DNA of 64,000 nt from an uncultured Pseudomonadales bacterium (GCA_964348455.1 CAYGCQ010000002.1:16121-80120), one strand, 5' to 3'; shown: positions 28,244-37,510, numbered from the stretch's first letter. The notes: a model not told the origin generated them from the sequence alone. A program made the numbers and translations.

Positions 28244-30208
28244 CTAAAGCGCAAGTAATATCCCCACAATTGTAAGTATAAGTCCTCCTCCAAAGGCGGC
28301 CACTCCGGCGAAGTCAAAAATTCCTGCTTCGGGTAATGCTGTTGGCCTAGGAGCTCTCGTTGCTGGGACTCTGGTTGGAACAGAAGCTGTTCGTTCTGTT
28401 GGTTTCGGGCACACACAGGAGGTTATATTTGAACATTCATTGTTTCTGCACTTATTCGTTTCCGTGTCGCATAACAGCCCATCTCCACATTCAGTATCAG
28501 AAGTGCAGGTGTGGTTACAACTCACTATGGTGCTGACTAATAAATCCTTTTCTGCTTTAAGAATTTTTCCCAAATAAGTTACAGTTGCAATATTTTTAAT
28601 TACTGTACCATTGACTACCGCGTCCGAAACGGTTGATCTAAAAGAAAACTCCTTTGTTTCACCCGGATCAAGTGAGGTGTTGCAGACAACCATTTTCTCC
28701 GGCGACGAGTACTCACAGACCGCCTCTTTATCAAGGAAGGTCAGTTTATCTTGGTTTAATCCTGTTAGGGGGTCGGTGATTTTTACCCCATCTGCCTTAT
28801 CAGCCGCATTGTTTGATACTTGAATCGTATATACGAATGTTTGATTTTTTGAGACAGTATCAATTTCCTGAGTCAAAGAGTAGTTTCCTGATGAGTTATC
28901 CGCTTCATCTTGATATGCCTTTTTGTCTATCGAAACATTTGATTCACAGGACTGTGTATTACATGCCTTTTCGGAATTTCCTCCGTCAACCTCATCACAG
29001 TTGAGAGCTCCACCACAACTTCCTTCAGTACAAGTTCTGGTTTGAGTTCCACCTCCACAAGACTTAGTACAATCACTCCAGTCAGACCAAATAGGTGGAG
29101 TTAATACACAAGTTGTCGCGGCCGTAAAATTTCCTTTACATCTATTGTCTTGTCCAAAAACAAGATTTGCCGCCGGTAGCATCAAGTATCTAGCTACGAT
29201 GGTGTAACTTCCTGCCGCCGGTATATTGTAAATATATTCAAATTTTCCGGTTGTCGAATTTAAAATTGTCGGTCCCCAATTTGCATCGTTAATTTTTATG
29301 TCTACTTGGGTAGTATTTTTCGCTGTCACTGCAAATTTTATACGTGAACCTGGCTTTGCTTCAGCTGATAGTTCAGCAGAAGTAAGATTTTTCCAAGACC
29401 CATCTGTTTGTTGAATGGAATAGTCAATGGCGGTACATGAGACAACTGGCGTTGGTGTTGGTGTGGGAGTTTTTGTCGGCGAAGGGGTAGTTGTAGTCTT
29501 CGTTGGTGTCGGTGTAGATGTCTTAGTTGGCTTAGGTGTTGTAGTACTGCCTCCGGAAGAGACACACCCATTACCGCTTGGATTACATACGTATCCCACT
29601 GCACAGCAAGTCATTGCTTTTCCTGTCATATTGATACACCAAGATCTGCCTTGATTCCCACAAGAAATTCGAGTATCGCTTCTACACTCATAACCGGTAC
29701 AAGCATCACCACCTAGACAGTGACAGTCTGCAGCTGGGCATGTTGACCCACAATGGTTAATTACATTTCCATTTGCATCTCTCGGGGCTCCTTCATCGAT
29801 TGGTAGTGCGATGTTTTGTCCTGCTATCCCAGTGCTTGAAACACCCGCACAGCCGAGGGAAATACAACTTGTTTTAGCGGCATTACACTTGAAACACGGT
29901 GATGGACAGTTCGTGGTTGTGCATGTATACCCTGTTCCATAACCTGTGGGTGTAGGGGCAATAGGTTTGCAAACACCATTCACACATGTTTCTTTTCCTG
30001 CTTTACACTGAGCTGGATTGTTTGTACAACCACCAGCAGCAAAAGGCTGAAGAGGTCCAGTTGGGGCTATTCCTGCTCTGGAAGACAACTGATTAGAAAC
30101 ATAATAAGCCGCACCGGCAATTACCACCATCAAAACAGTCGCAATTATGCCTAATAGCAATCGTCGCCTTCGGACTTTATTTTGTTTCAATGACTCTTCT
30201 CCGCTCAT
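28244..30208 (-). CDS. Cys-rich surface protein with N-terminal TM, PT-rich linker, TSP1-like motif, DUF11-like domain and a C-terminal LPEAG sorting signal
   Basis: WSDWSDCTKSCGGGTQTRTC motif; C-terminus ALPEAGIFDFAGVAAFGGGLILTIVGILLAL. Confidence 0.7.
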   Translation of the reverse strand: MSGEESLKQNKVRRRRLLLGIIATVLMVVIAGAAYYVSNQLSSRAGIAPTGPLQPFAAGGCTNNPAQCKAGKETCVNGVCKPIAPTPTGYGTGYTCTTTNCPSPCFKCNAAKTSCISLGCAGVSSTGIAGQNIALPIDEGAPRDANGNVINHCGSTCPAADCHCLGGDACTGYECRSDTRISCGNQGRSWCINMTGKAMTCCAVGYVCNPSGNGCVSSGGSTTTPKPTKTSTPTPTKTTTTPSPTKTPTPTPTPVVSCTAIDYSIQQTDGSWKNLTSAELSAEAKPGSRIKFAVTAKNTTQVDIKINDANWGPTILNSTTGKFEYIYNIPAAGSYTIVARYLMLPAANLVFGQDNRCKGNFTAATTCVLTPPIWSDWSDCTKSCGGGTQTRTCTEGSCGGALNCDEVDGGNSEKACNTQSCESNVSIDKKAYQDEADNSSGNYSLTQEIDTVSKNQTFVYTIQVSNNAADKADGVKITDPLTGLNQDKLTFLDKEAVCEYSSPEKMVVCNTSLDPGETKEFSFRSTVSDAVVNGTVIKNIATVTYLGKILKAEKDLLVSTIVSCNHTCTSDTECGDGLLCDTETNKCRNNECSNITSCVCPKPTERTASVPTRVPATRAPRPTALPEAGIFDFAGVAAFGGGLILTIVGILLAL

Positions 30209-30285
30209 AACAGTGTCCTTAATAAATGTATATCTGATTTACTTTTAATATAGTTTGTATTCAATTAACAAGCAACTTAGGATCT

Positions 30286-31647
30286 TTATTCCTTGATCCA
30301 TTTTCTACTTAGACTGCCAAATAGTAATAATAAAATTCCAAATAGACTAAGCCCCAGAGTCGTTGCCAATCCTCCGGCATCGGTAAGGTCGCCAGATTCA
30401 GTTGCCGGCATCGAAGTCACAACTGTTGGTTCTGGAGTGACAGCCTCGATTGGAGGAAGTGATTCTGTAGGTATCAATATTGGAGTTGCAGACGGAGTCG
30501 CTGTAAAAGCGGGCTGATCACTTAGAAGTACCGAGAACGTTCTAATAATTTTAATTACTTGATTATTTTCGATAGTGTACTCAATCGTTAACGAGTGATC
30601 ACCTGGTTCTAATTTTTCCGGTGGAGTCCACACCCAGTTTCCGTCATCATCTGCTTGAACTACTTGAACTTGCTCTACGGACTTCAAAGTCAATTTGATA
30701 ACCGTTCCTGTTGGAGCTTTCCCTCTTATCTCCGGCTGATCTGTGGCAATTACCTCTCCGTTTGTAGCCGGATTTAGCACTTTAACCGAACTTGTTGCTT
30801 CCAGTTGCTCAGATATGGCTATTTGAGTTAGTTCTAATTGAAATCCTTCACCTGACGGTGCGACTGTTTCCGGTTCTATTGCTGAGATTTGCTGACCACC
30901 TTCAATAAAGCTTTGATTTTTTCCTAATACGATATCCGGCACCGGCTTGTCTTTGCTGGTATCTGTAAGTGCTGTTGCTGTTCCAACACCTCCTGCTTGA
31001 ACAAAAATTGAAAGTAGAGTTTTAGTTTTATCGTAAGTCAATATTCCGCCGGCCTTGTCTCTTGAGCTAGCTAAATTAAGCCTCCAAGTACCATCCGACT
31101 TTGTAATCGTTGAAAGTGTCTGCCCACCCTCTGCTTCCACAAACACAATACCGCCATTTACAGCATCACCAGTTTCTCGAACTACTTTTCCAAAAATAAT
31201 ATCTTCCGGCGGAGCAATGGCTTGTGCGGTTGTTCTAATCTGAAACGGTTTTCCGTTGTCATCATAGGTGCCAGACCCTGAAATGATTAAGAAGTAATAC
31301 GTTTTGTTTGCCGAAAGACCAGAAACATTTACTGTGTGGCTGTTATAACTTTGAGAAGTTCCTGATATTTGGTCTCTAACATCTCCCGCTGGAATTATTA
31401 TTTTTGCCGGATCTTCAGAGTATTTTATTAATCCTGTTAACGGAGTATCCGTAGTCCAACTGACACTGTAAGTTGTCGATCCCAGATTGGAAATCTTAAT
31501 ATTTTTTGGACTCTCGGAAGGTCCGGCTTTGGACTCAAGCCCGGTTCTCATATTTACTACAATGACACCGGCAATCAATCCACCAATAAGAATTATTACC
31601 CCTAATAGGGTCGGAATTCTTTTTGACATTAATCCTTTTGTTGCCAT
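30286..31647 (-). CDS. multidomain surface protein: N-terminal TM, FN3/purple-acid-phosphatase-N-like, carboxypeptidase-regulatory-like and bacterial Ig-like domains, C-terminal LTDAGG + TM + basic tail
   Basis: Domain-like blocks read from sequence; C-terminus ...GDLTDAGGLATTLGLSLFGILLLLFGSLSRKWIKE. Confidence 0.5.
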   Translation of the reverse strand: MATKGLMSKRIPTLLGVIILIGGLIAGVIVVNMRTGLESKAGPSESPKNIKISNLGSTTYSVSWTTDTPLTGLIKYSEDPAKIIIPAGDVRDQISGTSQSYNSHTVNVSGLSANKTYYFLIISGSGTYDDNGKPFQIRTTAQAIAPPEDIIFGKVVRETGDAVNGGIVFVEAEGGQTLSTITKSDGTWRLNLASSRDKAGGILTYDKTKTLLSIFVQAGGVGTATALTDTSKDKPVPDIVLGKNQSFIEGGQQISAIEPETVAPSGEGFQLELTQIAISEQLEATSSVKVLNPATNGEVIATDQPEIRGKAPTGTVIKLTLKSVEQVQVVQADDDGNWVWTPPEKLEPGDHSLTIEYTIENNQVIKIIRTFSVLLSDQPAFTATPSATPILIPTESLPPIEAVTPEPTVVTSMPATESGDLTDAGGLATTLGLSLFGILLLLFGSLSRKWIKE

Positions 31648-31650
31648 ATT

Positions 31651-31971
31651 TTATTGTAGCGGTGGTATAACCTCTGCTGATGGACTTGCTTCCACTAGAG
31701 AAGGTGTCGGGGTGATGGTAGGGGTTTCTTCCGGCACAATCTTTACAGCGTTGATATCATCATCCGTTATTTTTGTTCTTTTTTCTAGGTTATCAATCGA
31801 TGTTTGGCTAATGACACCATCAATAGGCTTCACTATAATTATTTGATTCTCGGTCAGCTGACTTTTTGTAGCAGCAGAAAAAATTTGAAATGCCAGAATT
31901 CCTCCAACAATCGACAAACTCATAACTCCTATGAGTAAAATATACATGGAAAAGGTGTTTTTTGGCTTCAT
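31651..31971 (-). CDS. small N-terminally anchored membrane protein (possible PilP-like accessory), overlaps the pilO-like stop (ATGA)
   Basis: 106 aa, single TM; translationally coupled to the upstream gene. Confidence 0.35.
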   Translation of the reverse strand: MKPKNTFSMYILLIGVMSLSIVGGILAFQIFSAATKSQLTENQIIIVKPIDGVISQTSIDNLEKRTKITDDDINAVKIVPEETPTITPTPSLVEASPSAEVIPPLQ

Positions 31972-32624
31972 GTCTGTTGGTAGAAATAAAAGTATATTTG
32001 ACCAGAAGCTTTCAGTGTTGAAGTTCCCTGTACCATTCCCGGTTCGGAAGTCAACACTACGCTGCTTAGGTATGACAATCTATCCATATTTTCAATCTCC
32101 ATTAAAAATGACTTTACGTTTGCGGGGTCACCTGAAACTGCAAAAGATACATTTAGTTGGACAATGTTATTTGTGTCTTTAATTGACAATTTTCGTGACC
32201 ATTCACCCGATGCTTTTCCTGTTCCAAATAGCTTTGTCCCCGGCATAGAAACTGTTTGTACTGTCAGACCTTTATTCTGGGCAAGATACTCAATCCTGCC
32301 TGCCATATCATAATATGAGAATTGGCTTGGAACAGCTGCGTCAAAAAGGCTCAGTTTATCCTTAAACTTGTTCAGTTCTGTTTGGGCGTTAAAAACTTGA
32401 GCAATTTTATTGTCGGCTTTTATATTAAAAGAATTTAAATCTTCAATCTTTTTTTGCAAAGAGGCGATATTTGTCAGTGTTGGTCTGATGGCTGCAAAAA
32501 TCAACACTGTCACTGTAAATACAGAAAGAATCACTTCTAAAGAAGCCTTAACTTCAGGCTTCTGATAAATCAAGTTTATTCTTCTGTAAATAAGAGAATA
32601 TTTTTCGTTACTTACAAGAGGCAT
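31968..32624 (-). CDS. pilO: type IV pilus assembly protein PilO-like
   Basis: N-terminal TM + coiled coil + about 100-aa C-terminal domain; start overlaps the pilN-like stop (TAATG). Confidence 0.45.
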   Translation of the reverse strand: MPLVSNEKYSLIYRRINLIYQKPEVKASLEVILSVFTVTVLIFAAIRPTLTNIASLQKKIEDLNSFNIKADNKIAQVFNAQTELNKFKDKLSLFDAAVPSQFSYYDMAGRIEYLAQNKGLTVQTVSMPGTKLFGTGKASGEWSRKLSIKDTNNIVQLNVSFAVSGDPANVKSFLMEIENMDRLSYLSSVVLTSEPGMVQGTSTLKASGQIYFYFYQQT

Positions 32625-33169
32625 TATTTTAAAGTAGTTTGAATATTAAACTTTACGGTACCGGATGTCTGGTCGAAGTTTGTTTCTTTCATGGATAAGC
32701 GAGAGATTCCATCTATCTTCTTCAAGTTTCTCAACAGTTGAGCAAAACCTAGCTCGGTCTCCGACTCTCCAGTGAGAACCATACCGGCACTATCAATAGC
32801 CAATTTATCCAATTTAACTCCTGGTGGCATTAAACCTCCCAGCTCATCATATCTTTGGCCAAAAGATAAATTTTTCGTTAAATAGTTATTGACTGGAGCT
32901 TGTTTGGCCAAATAATATCTGATGGTTGCTTCTGTTTCTGCAAACGCTTGAATCTGAATTTGTTTTTGATCTATTTCATCATTTAGGTCATTAACCTTTT
33001 TGTCAAAATAGAACCTAGAACCGAAAGCTAGCAGAACAACGAACTCAGTCAGAACCACCAGCACTCTGCCTGTAGTAGTTGCCCATGACAAAAATTTACC
33101 CAATGAAGAATAACTAAAGCTATCTTTAGGTAATAAATTTATATGGAAAACTCCTTGCTGGGCAGCCAC
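32624..33169 (-). CDS. pilN: type IV pilus assembly protein PilN-like
   Basis: N-terminal hallmark HINLLPK (the PilN INLLP motif) followed by a TM helix and coiled coil. Confidence 0.6.
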   Translation of the reverse strand: MAAQQGVFHINLLPKDSFSYSSLGKFLSWATTTGRVLVVLTEFVVLLAFGSRFYFDKKVNDLNDEIDQKQIQIQAFAETEATIRYYLAKQAPVNNYLTKNLSFGQRYDELGGLMPPGVKLDKLAIDSAGMVLTGESETELGFAQLLRNLKKIDGISRLSMKETNFDQTSGTVKFNIQTTLK

Positions 33170-33211
33170 ACTTTCAGTATATCAAAGCGGTGTAAGAAAA
33201 CGTAGGACGAC

Positions 33212-33448
33212 TTACTTGGAAATCTTTTTAGAGAGGCGAGACTTGATACGGTCGGCTTTTCCTTTTTTGATGACTCCCTTTTTAGCTGCACGGTCAATGG
33301 CCGAGAAGGCTTTGCTTAGAGACTCTCCGGACAGGAGTTTTTTGAATTCGTCCATAGCAGTCTTTGCTTTGGTTTTAGTAGAGCGGTTAAAAGAAGCTTT
33401 CTTTAAGTCGGCTCTTTGTTTCTTGATTGCGGATTTGGTTATAGGCAT
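33212..33448 (-). CDS. rpsT: 30S ribosomal protein S20
   Basis: 78 aa, highly basic, MPITKSAIKKQRA...AIDRAAKKGVI.K.KA.R.KSRL matches the S20 pattern. Confidence 0.85.
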   Translation of the reverse strand: MPITKSAIKKQRADLKKASFNRSTKTKAKTAMDEFKKLLSGESLSKAFSAIDRAAKKGVIKKGKADRIKSRLSKKISK

Positions 33449-33512
33449 GTGCTTATTTTAACATGACAATCTACTTATGGCACAAGTTACTTTCCTGAAT
33501 TAAAATGGTGAA

Positions 33513-35162
33513 GTGGTAAACAAGATAATTAGCAAATCTCAAGAGTTTTTTAATCGCAAAAGCAACAGCATTTTGTCAGCTGCTGTTATTATCGGTATCT
33601 CTTATCTAGGCTCAGCACTTCTGGGGCTAATTCGAAACCACCTCTTAGCAGCTAGATTTTTCGGGGGGCTAGAAGCTGACTTGGATGTCTATTTTGCCGC
33701 TTTTGTCATTCCGGACACTGTTTTCCAGCTCCTGGTTGTTGGCGCAGTCTCAGCCTCTTTTATACCTGTATATCAAGAATATTTTGAAAAGTCTGAGGAA
33801 AAAGCACACGAGCTTGCCAATGCAGCACTCACTACCATCGGGTTTTTCCTCTTAATCTTTTCTGTCATCATAATCATTTTTGCCAGGCCTCTAGCTGGAC
33901 TTTTGGCTCACTTCCCTCCGGAAAAACTGGAACTAATGGCCAATCTCATCCGGATGATGTCTGCCGCTCAGATACTTTTTGCTCTTTCGGCTTTTCTCAC
34001 AGGGGTCTTGCAGTCTGAGCGTCGTTTTTTAATTCCAGCTATCGCCCCTCTGCTTTATAACCTTGGCACAATCTCCGGAATTTACTTTCTTTCATCTCGT
34101 TTTGGCATCTATTCTGCCGCCATAGGCGTCGTTTTTGGAGCTTTTCTGCACATGGCCATTCAGCTTCCAACGGCGAGGTCTCTGGGATACTGGCCAAAGA
34201 TAGTCTGGCGAATGAAACATCCTGGAGTCATGACAATGTTAAAGCTTATGCCCCCTAGAACCATGTCTTTAGGGCTTGATCAGATCGAGCGTTGGGTGGC
34301 TGTTAACCTGACCTCTTTACTAGCCGTTGGGTCACTTTCAATTTTTAATTTTGCACGACAACTGTATGTATTGCCCATCTCTTTGTTTGGTGTTTCTCTT
34401 AGTCAGGCTTCTTTCCCCATCCTGGCCAAGGAAGCTCTTTACGAGGACAAGTCTCAATTCAAGGCTACTCTCAGTAAATCAATTCTTCAAATTTTCTTTT
34501 TTGCTCTACCTGCCAGTGTTCTAGTTTTGGTTCTGCGCATTCCTCTTGTTCGACTAGCTTTTGGAGCCAAGAATTTTCCGTGGGAAGCCACCCTACTAAC
34601 AGGGAAAGCTCTTGCTTTTTTCAGCATAGCTATCGCCCCCCAAGCGGTTACCAACACACTCACCAGAGCCCTTCACGCCCTAAAAGACACTAAGACTTCT
34701 CTGGTAATTGGCTTTATTACCATGATTGTTTTTGTTGGGCTGGCTTATGCCCTTGGTTTAATAGTTGAGAGGGATGTGGCCATCATTACTCTGGCTATGT
34801 CTATTGGAAACATCGTTGATTTTCTTTTGTCATATTTAGCAGTTCGTCGGAAGGTAGGCCCGTTAGGGATATCAGTAAGAATGATAAAAATGGTTTTCGT
34901 TAGCCTTTTTACTGGCATCTCGCTTTGGCTTCCCATGAGGTTACTGGACCAGTTAGTCTTTGATACTACCCGGACCCTCCCCCTCATCACTTTAACTCTT
35001 GTTGTTAGTACCGTTGGTTTCTCCGTCTACCTGTACTTTTGCTGGTTGTTTGACATCGAAGAACTTCAAGATGTTTTTGATATCATGAAAAAGATTGGTA
35101 ATTGGCGTAAAATACTCGCCAGTAGCGACGAGGTACTCGAGACTACTCCCAACAACATATAA
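33513..35162 (+). CDS. murJ: lipid II flippase MurJ/MviN
   Basis: 549 aa, 14 TM; N-terminal GLIRNHLLAARFFGG..ADLDVYFAAFVIPD MurJ block. Confidence 0.85.
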   Translation: MVNKIISKSQEFFNRKSNSILSAAVIIGISYLGSALLGLIRNHLLAARFFGGLEADLDVYFAAFVIPDTVFQLLVVGAVSASFIPVYQEYFEKSEEKAHELANAALTTIGFFLLIFSVIIIIFARPLAGLLAHFPPEKLELMANLIRMMSAAQILFALSAFLTGVLQSERRFLIPAIAPLLYNLGTISGIYFLSSRFGIYSAAIGVVFGAFLHMAIQLPTARSLGYWPKIVWRMKHPGVMTMLKLMPPRTMSLGLDQIERWVAVNLTSLLAVGSLSIFNFARQLYVLPISLFGVSLSQASFPILAKEALYEDKSQFKATLSKSILQIFFFALPASVLVLVLRIPLVRLAFGAKNFPWEATLLTGKALAFFSIAIAPQAVTNTLTRALHALKDTKTSLVIGFITMIVFVGLAYALGLIVERDVAIITLAMSIGNIVDFLLSYLAVRRKVGPLGISVRMIKMVFVSLFTGISLWLPMRLLDQLVFDTTRTLPLITLTLVVSTVGFSVYLYFCWLFDIEELQDVFDIMKKIGNWRKILASSDEVLETTPNNI

Positions 35163-35165
35163 AAC

Positions 35166-36974
35166 ATGTCTAGTTTAATCAGAAATTTTTCTATCATTGC
35201 CCATATTGATGCCGGTAAGTCTACCTTGGCAGACCGTATGTTGGAAATTACAGGCACTGTTCAATCAGACAAAATCACCCCTCAACTCCTAGACAGTAAT
35301 CCAATCGAGCGTGAGAGGGGCATTACGATCAAGCTGGCTCCGGTTGCCATGAACTATGAAGGCTATTCTTTAAACCTCATTGATACTCCGGGACACGTTG
35401 ACTTTAACTATGAAGTCGAACGGGCGCTCCAAGCGTGTGAAGGTGCCATACTGTTGGTAGATGCCACCAAAGGTGTTCAGGCTCAGACTGTTGCGAATCT
35501 TCGATTGGCAAAAAACCTAGGCCTAACCATTATTCCGGTAGTTAATAAAATAGACGCCCCTCTAGCCGATGTTCCGGCTGCTACCCGCCAGCTGAAACAA
35601 CTACTCAAGATAGAAACAGAGCCGTTATTAGTTTCAGCTAAGACGGGGGAGGGTGTTGTGGCTCTTCTGAAAAAAATTATCTCCGATCTTCCAGGCCCTC
35701 TTAACTCAGACCCAAATTCCTCAAATATGGACTCTGACTTGAAGCCCGGGGTTTATTTTCAAGCACTTGTCTTCAACTCCACCTTTGATACACACCTCGG
35801 CGTTATTGCTTTTGTCAAAATAATCTCAGGCAATCTAAAAACAGGTGACAAATTATCATTTTTGAACTCCGGCCAATCACTATCTGCTTCAGAGATTGGA
35901 ATTTTTTCTCCGGTTAGAACCGAAAAAAAGGTTCTCACGGTCGGAAATGTTGGCTACATAATCACAGGACTAAAAGATATTCGTAATGTCCTGGTAGGGG
36001 ACACTCTATGTCTATCTTCTCAGATTAAACAAGTTTCTCCAATTCCCGGCTTCAGGAAAATCCACCCCAACGTTTTTTTAGATTTTTATCCGGCAGACGG
36101 CACTCAGTATCGCGATTTAATCGATGCACTGGAAAAACTGAAGCTAAATGATTCATCACTCACAACTCAAGGCATCAACTCTCCCATCTTAGGTCAGGGA
36201 GTCAAAGTTGGTTTTCTCGGGATGCTTCACTCGGAAGTAGTCGGAGAGAGGCTTGAAAGAGAGTTCAGCTTACCTGTAATTTCTGTTTCCCCATCCGTTG
36301 AGTACAAAGTTAAATTGCGATCCGGTGAGGAAAAAATATTTAGTTCGCCATCTGATTTTCCTGATCCAGCCATAATTGCTCAAGGGTATGAACCTATGGC
36401 TGCTGTAAACATAGTCGTCACCTCTCCTTATGTCGGAGCTGTTATGGAACTTTGCCAGGAACTTAGAGGTAATTTAGTCAACGTTTCATATTTAGACGAA
36501 CTTGTTGAGATCGATTATTTTCTTCCTCTTATCGAAGTAATTACAGCGCTTCATGATAGTTTAAAAAGTGTTTCTCAAGGGTTTGCCTCTATGGACTACG
36601 AACTTGCCGGCTGGCAAGAGTCCGAACTGGTCAAGTTAGATGTCTTGCTGAATCATGAGATCTTCGCTCCCATGAGCGTAATTACGGTAAAAGAGAAGGC
36701 CTACGCTAAAGGAAAAAAGATTTCTGCAAAACTCAAAGAATCAATTCCTCGTCAACAGTTTGAGATTCCTATTCAGGTTGCCATTGGAGGAAATATCATC
36801 GCTCGAGAAACAATTAAGGCTTATCGCAAAGACGTTGACTCCAAACTCCATGGCGGAGATTTCACTCGCAATCTAAAACTTCTCAACAAACAGAAGAAAG
36901 GAAAAGCTCGTATGAAACAGTTTGGTAGGGTCTCTGTTCCCCAAGAAGCCTTCCTAGCCATCGCCAAATCCTAA
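35166..36974 (+). CDS. lepA: elongation factor 4 (LepA)
   Basis: IRNFSIIAHIDAGKSTLADR G-domain; about 600 aa; LepA-specific C-terminus. Confidence 0.9.
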   Translation: MSSLIRNFSIIAHIDAGKSTLADRMLEITGTVQSDKITPQLLDSNPIERERGITIKLAPVAMNYEGYSLNLIDTPGHVDFNYEVERALQACEGAILLVDATKGVQAQTVANLRLAKNLGLTIIPVVNKIDAPLADVPAATRQLKQLLKIETEPLLVSAKTGEGVVALLKKIISDLPGPLNSDPNSSNMDSDLKPGVYFQALVFNSTFDTHLGVIAFVKIISGNLKTGDKLSFLNSGQSLSASEIGIFSPVRTEKKVLTVGNVGYIITGLKDIRNVLVGDTLCLSSQIKQVSPIPGFRKIHPNVFLDFYPADGTQYRDLIDALEKLKLNDSSLTTQGINSPILGQGVKVGFLGMLHSEVVGERLEREFSLPVISVSPSVEYKVKLRSGEEKIFSSPSDFPDPAIIAQGYEPMAAVNIVVTSPYVGAVMELCQELRGNLVNVSYLDELVEIDYFLPLIEVITALHDSLKSVSQGFASMDYELAGWQESELVKLDVLLNHEIFAPMSVITVKEKAYAKGKKISAKLKESIPRQQFEIPIQVAIGGNIIARETIKAYRKDVDSKLHGGDFTRNLKLLNKQKKGKARMKQFGRVSVPQEAFLAIAKS

Positions 36975-37045
36975 TAGTGGTAGAGGATAAAACTTTTAGT
37001 GGTAAAATACCAACGACGTAAACATTGAAAATCTGAGGAGGTCGC

Positions 37046-37498
37046 ATGAGCTCAAAGGTTGATAGAAGTAAGTATTATAGAAGTGAGTATTACCAAGTCG
37101 CAATATTGGTGGCAATGGCTACTGTTGCCCAACGCATGGGGATTAATAAGGGTGTCGCTTTTGTAATGGTTAAATCAAAGCGGGATGCCCTTGGTAATCC
37201 AAGATACATCGTGGTAAACGAGGTTCTAGTAAGAGAACCTGTTGGTCGTGAAGTAGAAATGGTTGACCCAGGAACAAACTACTTTGGTGCGGCAATGGGC
37301 AAGCTGGCATACATGTTAGCTAAGGGTGTAGACAGTGGAACAAAAGATCAGACACACAAAGGTGAGATGCCTTACCGGGGTGGGTTGGTAAAAGAAGTTG
37401 ATGATGATCAGATATATATTGGTTTTTCCGGTGGAACTGAAAATCAAGATGTCGAGATTGCAGAATTTGGCATGAAAATGCTGCTCTCTGCTGAATAA
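37046..37498 (+). CDS. GlcG/HbpS (DUF336)-like putative heme-binding protein
   Basis: PYRGGLVKEV...IYIGFSGGTENQDVEIAEFG resembles the DUF336 GG...GaiGVSGG..qD motif. Confidence 0.4.
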   Translation: MSSKVDRSKYYRSEYYQVAILVAMATVAQRMGINKGVAFVMVKSKRDALGNPRYIVVNEVLVREPVGREVEMVDPGTNYFGAAMGKLAYMLAKGVDSGTKDQTHKGEMPYRGGLVKEVDDDQIYIGFSGGTENQDVEIAEFGMKMLLSAE

Positions 37499-37510
37499 TC
37501 AACAACACTA

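Noticed and set aside
23888-30517. Numerous plus-strand ORFs (e.g. 23904..24332, 24759..25097, 25980..26318, 26544..26837, 27581..28009, 29427..29654, 30293..30517) and minus-strand ORFs 26269..26868, 29338..29604
   Set aside because: Antisense or out-of-frame shadows of the Thr/Cys-rich surface-protein genes, where low sequence complexity keeps alternative frames open.
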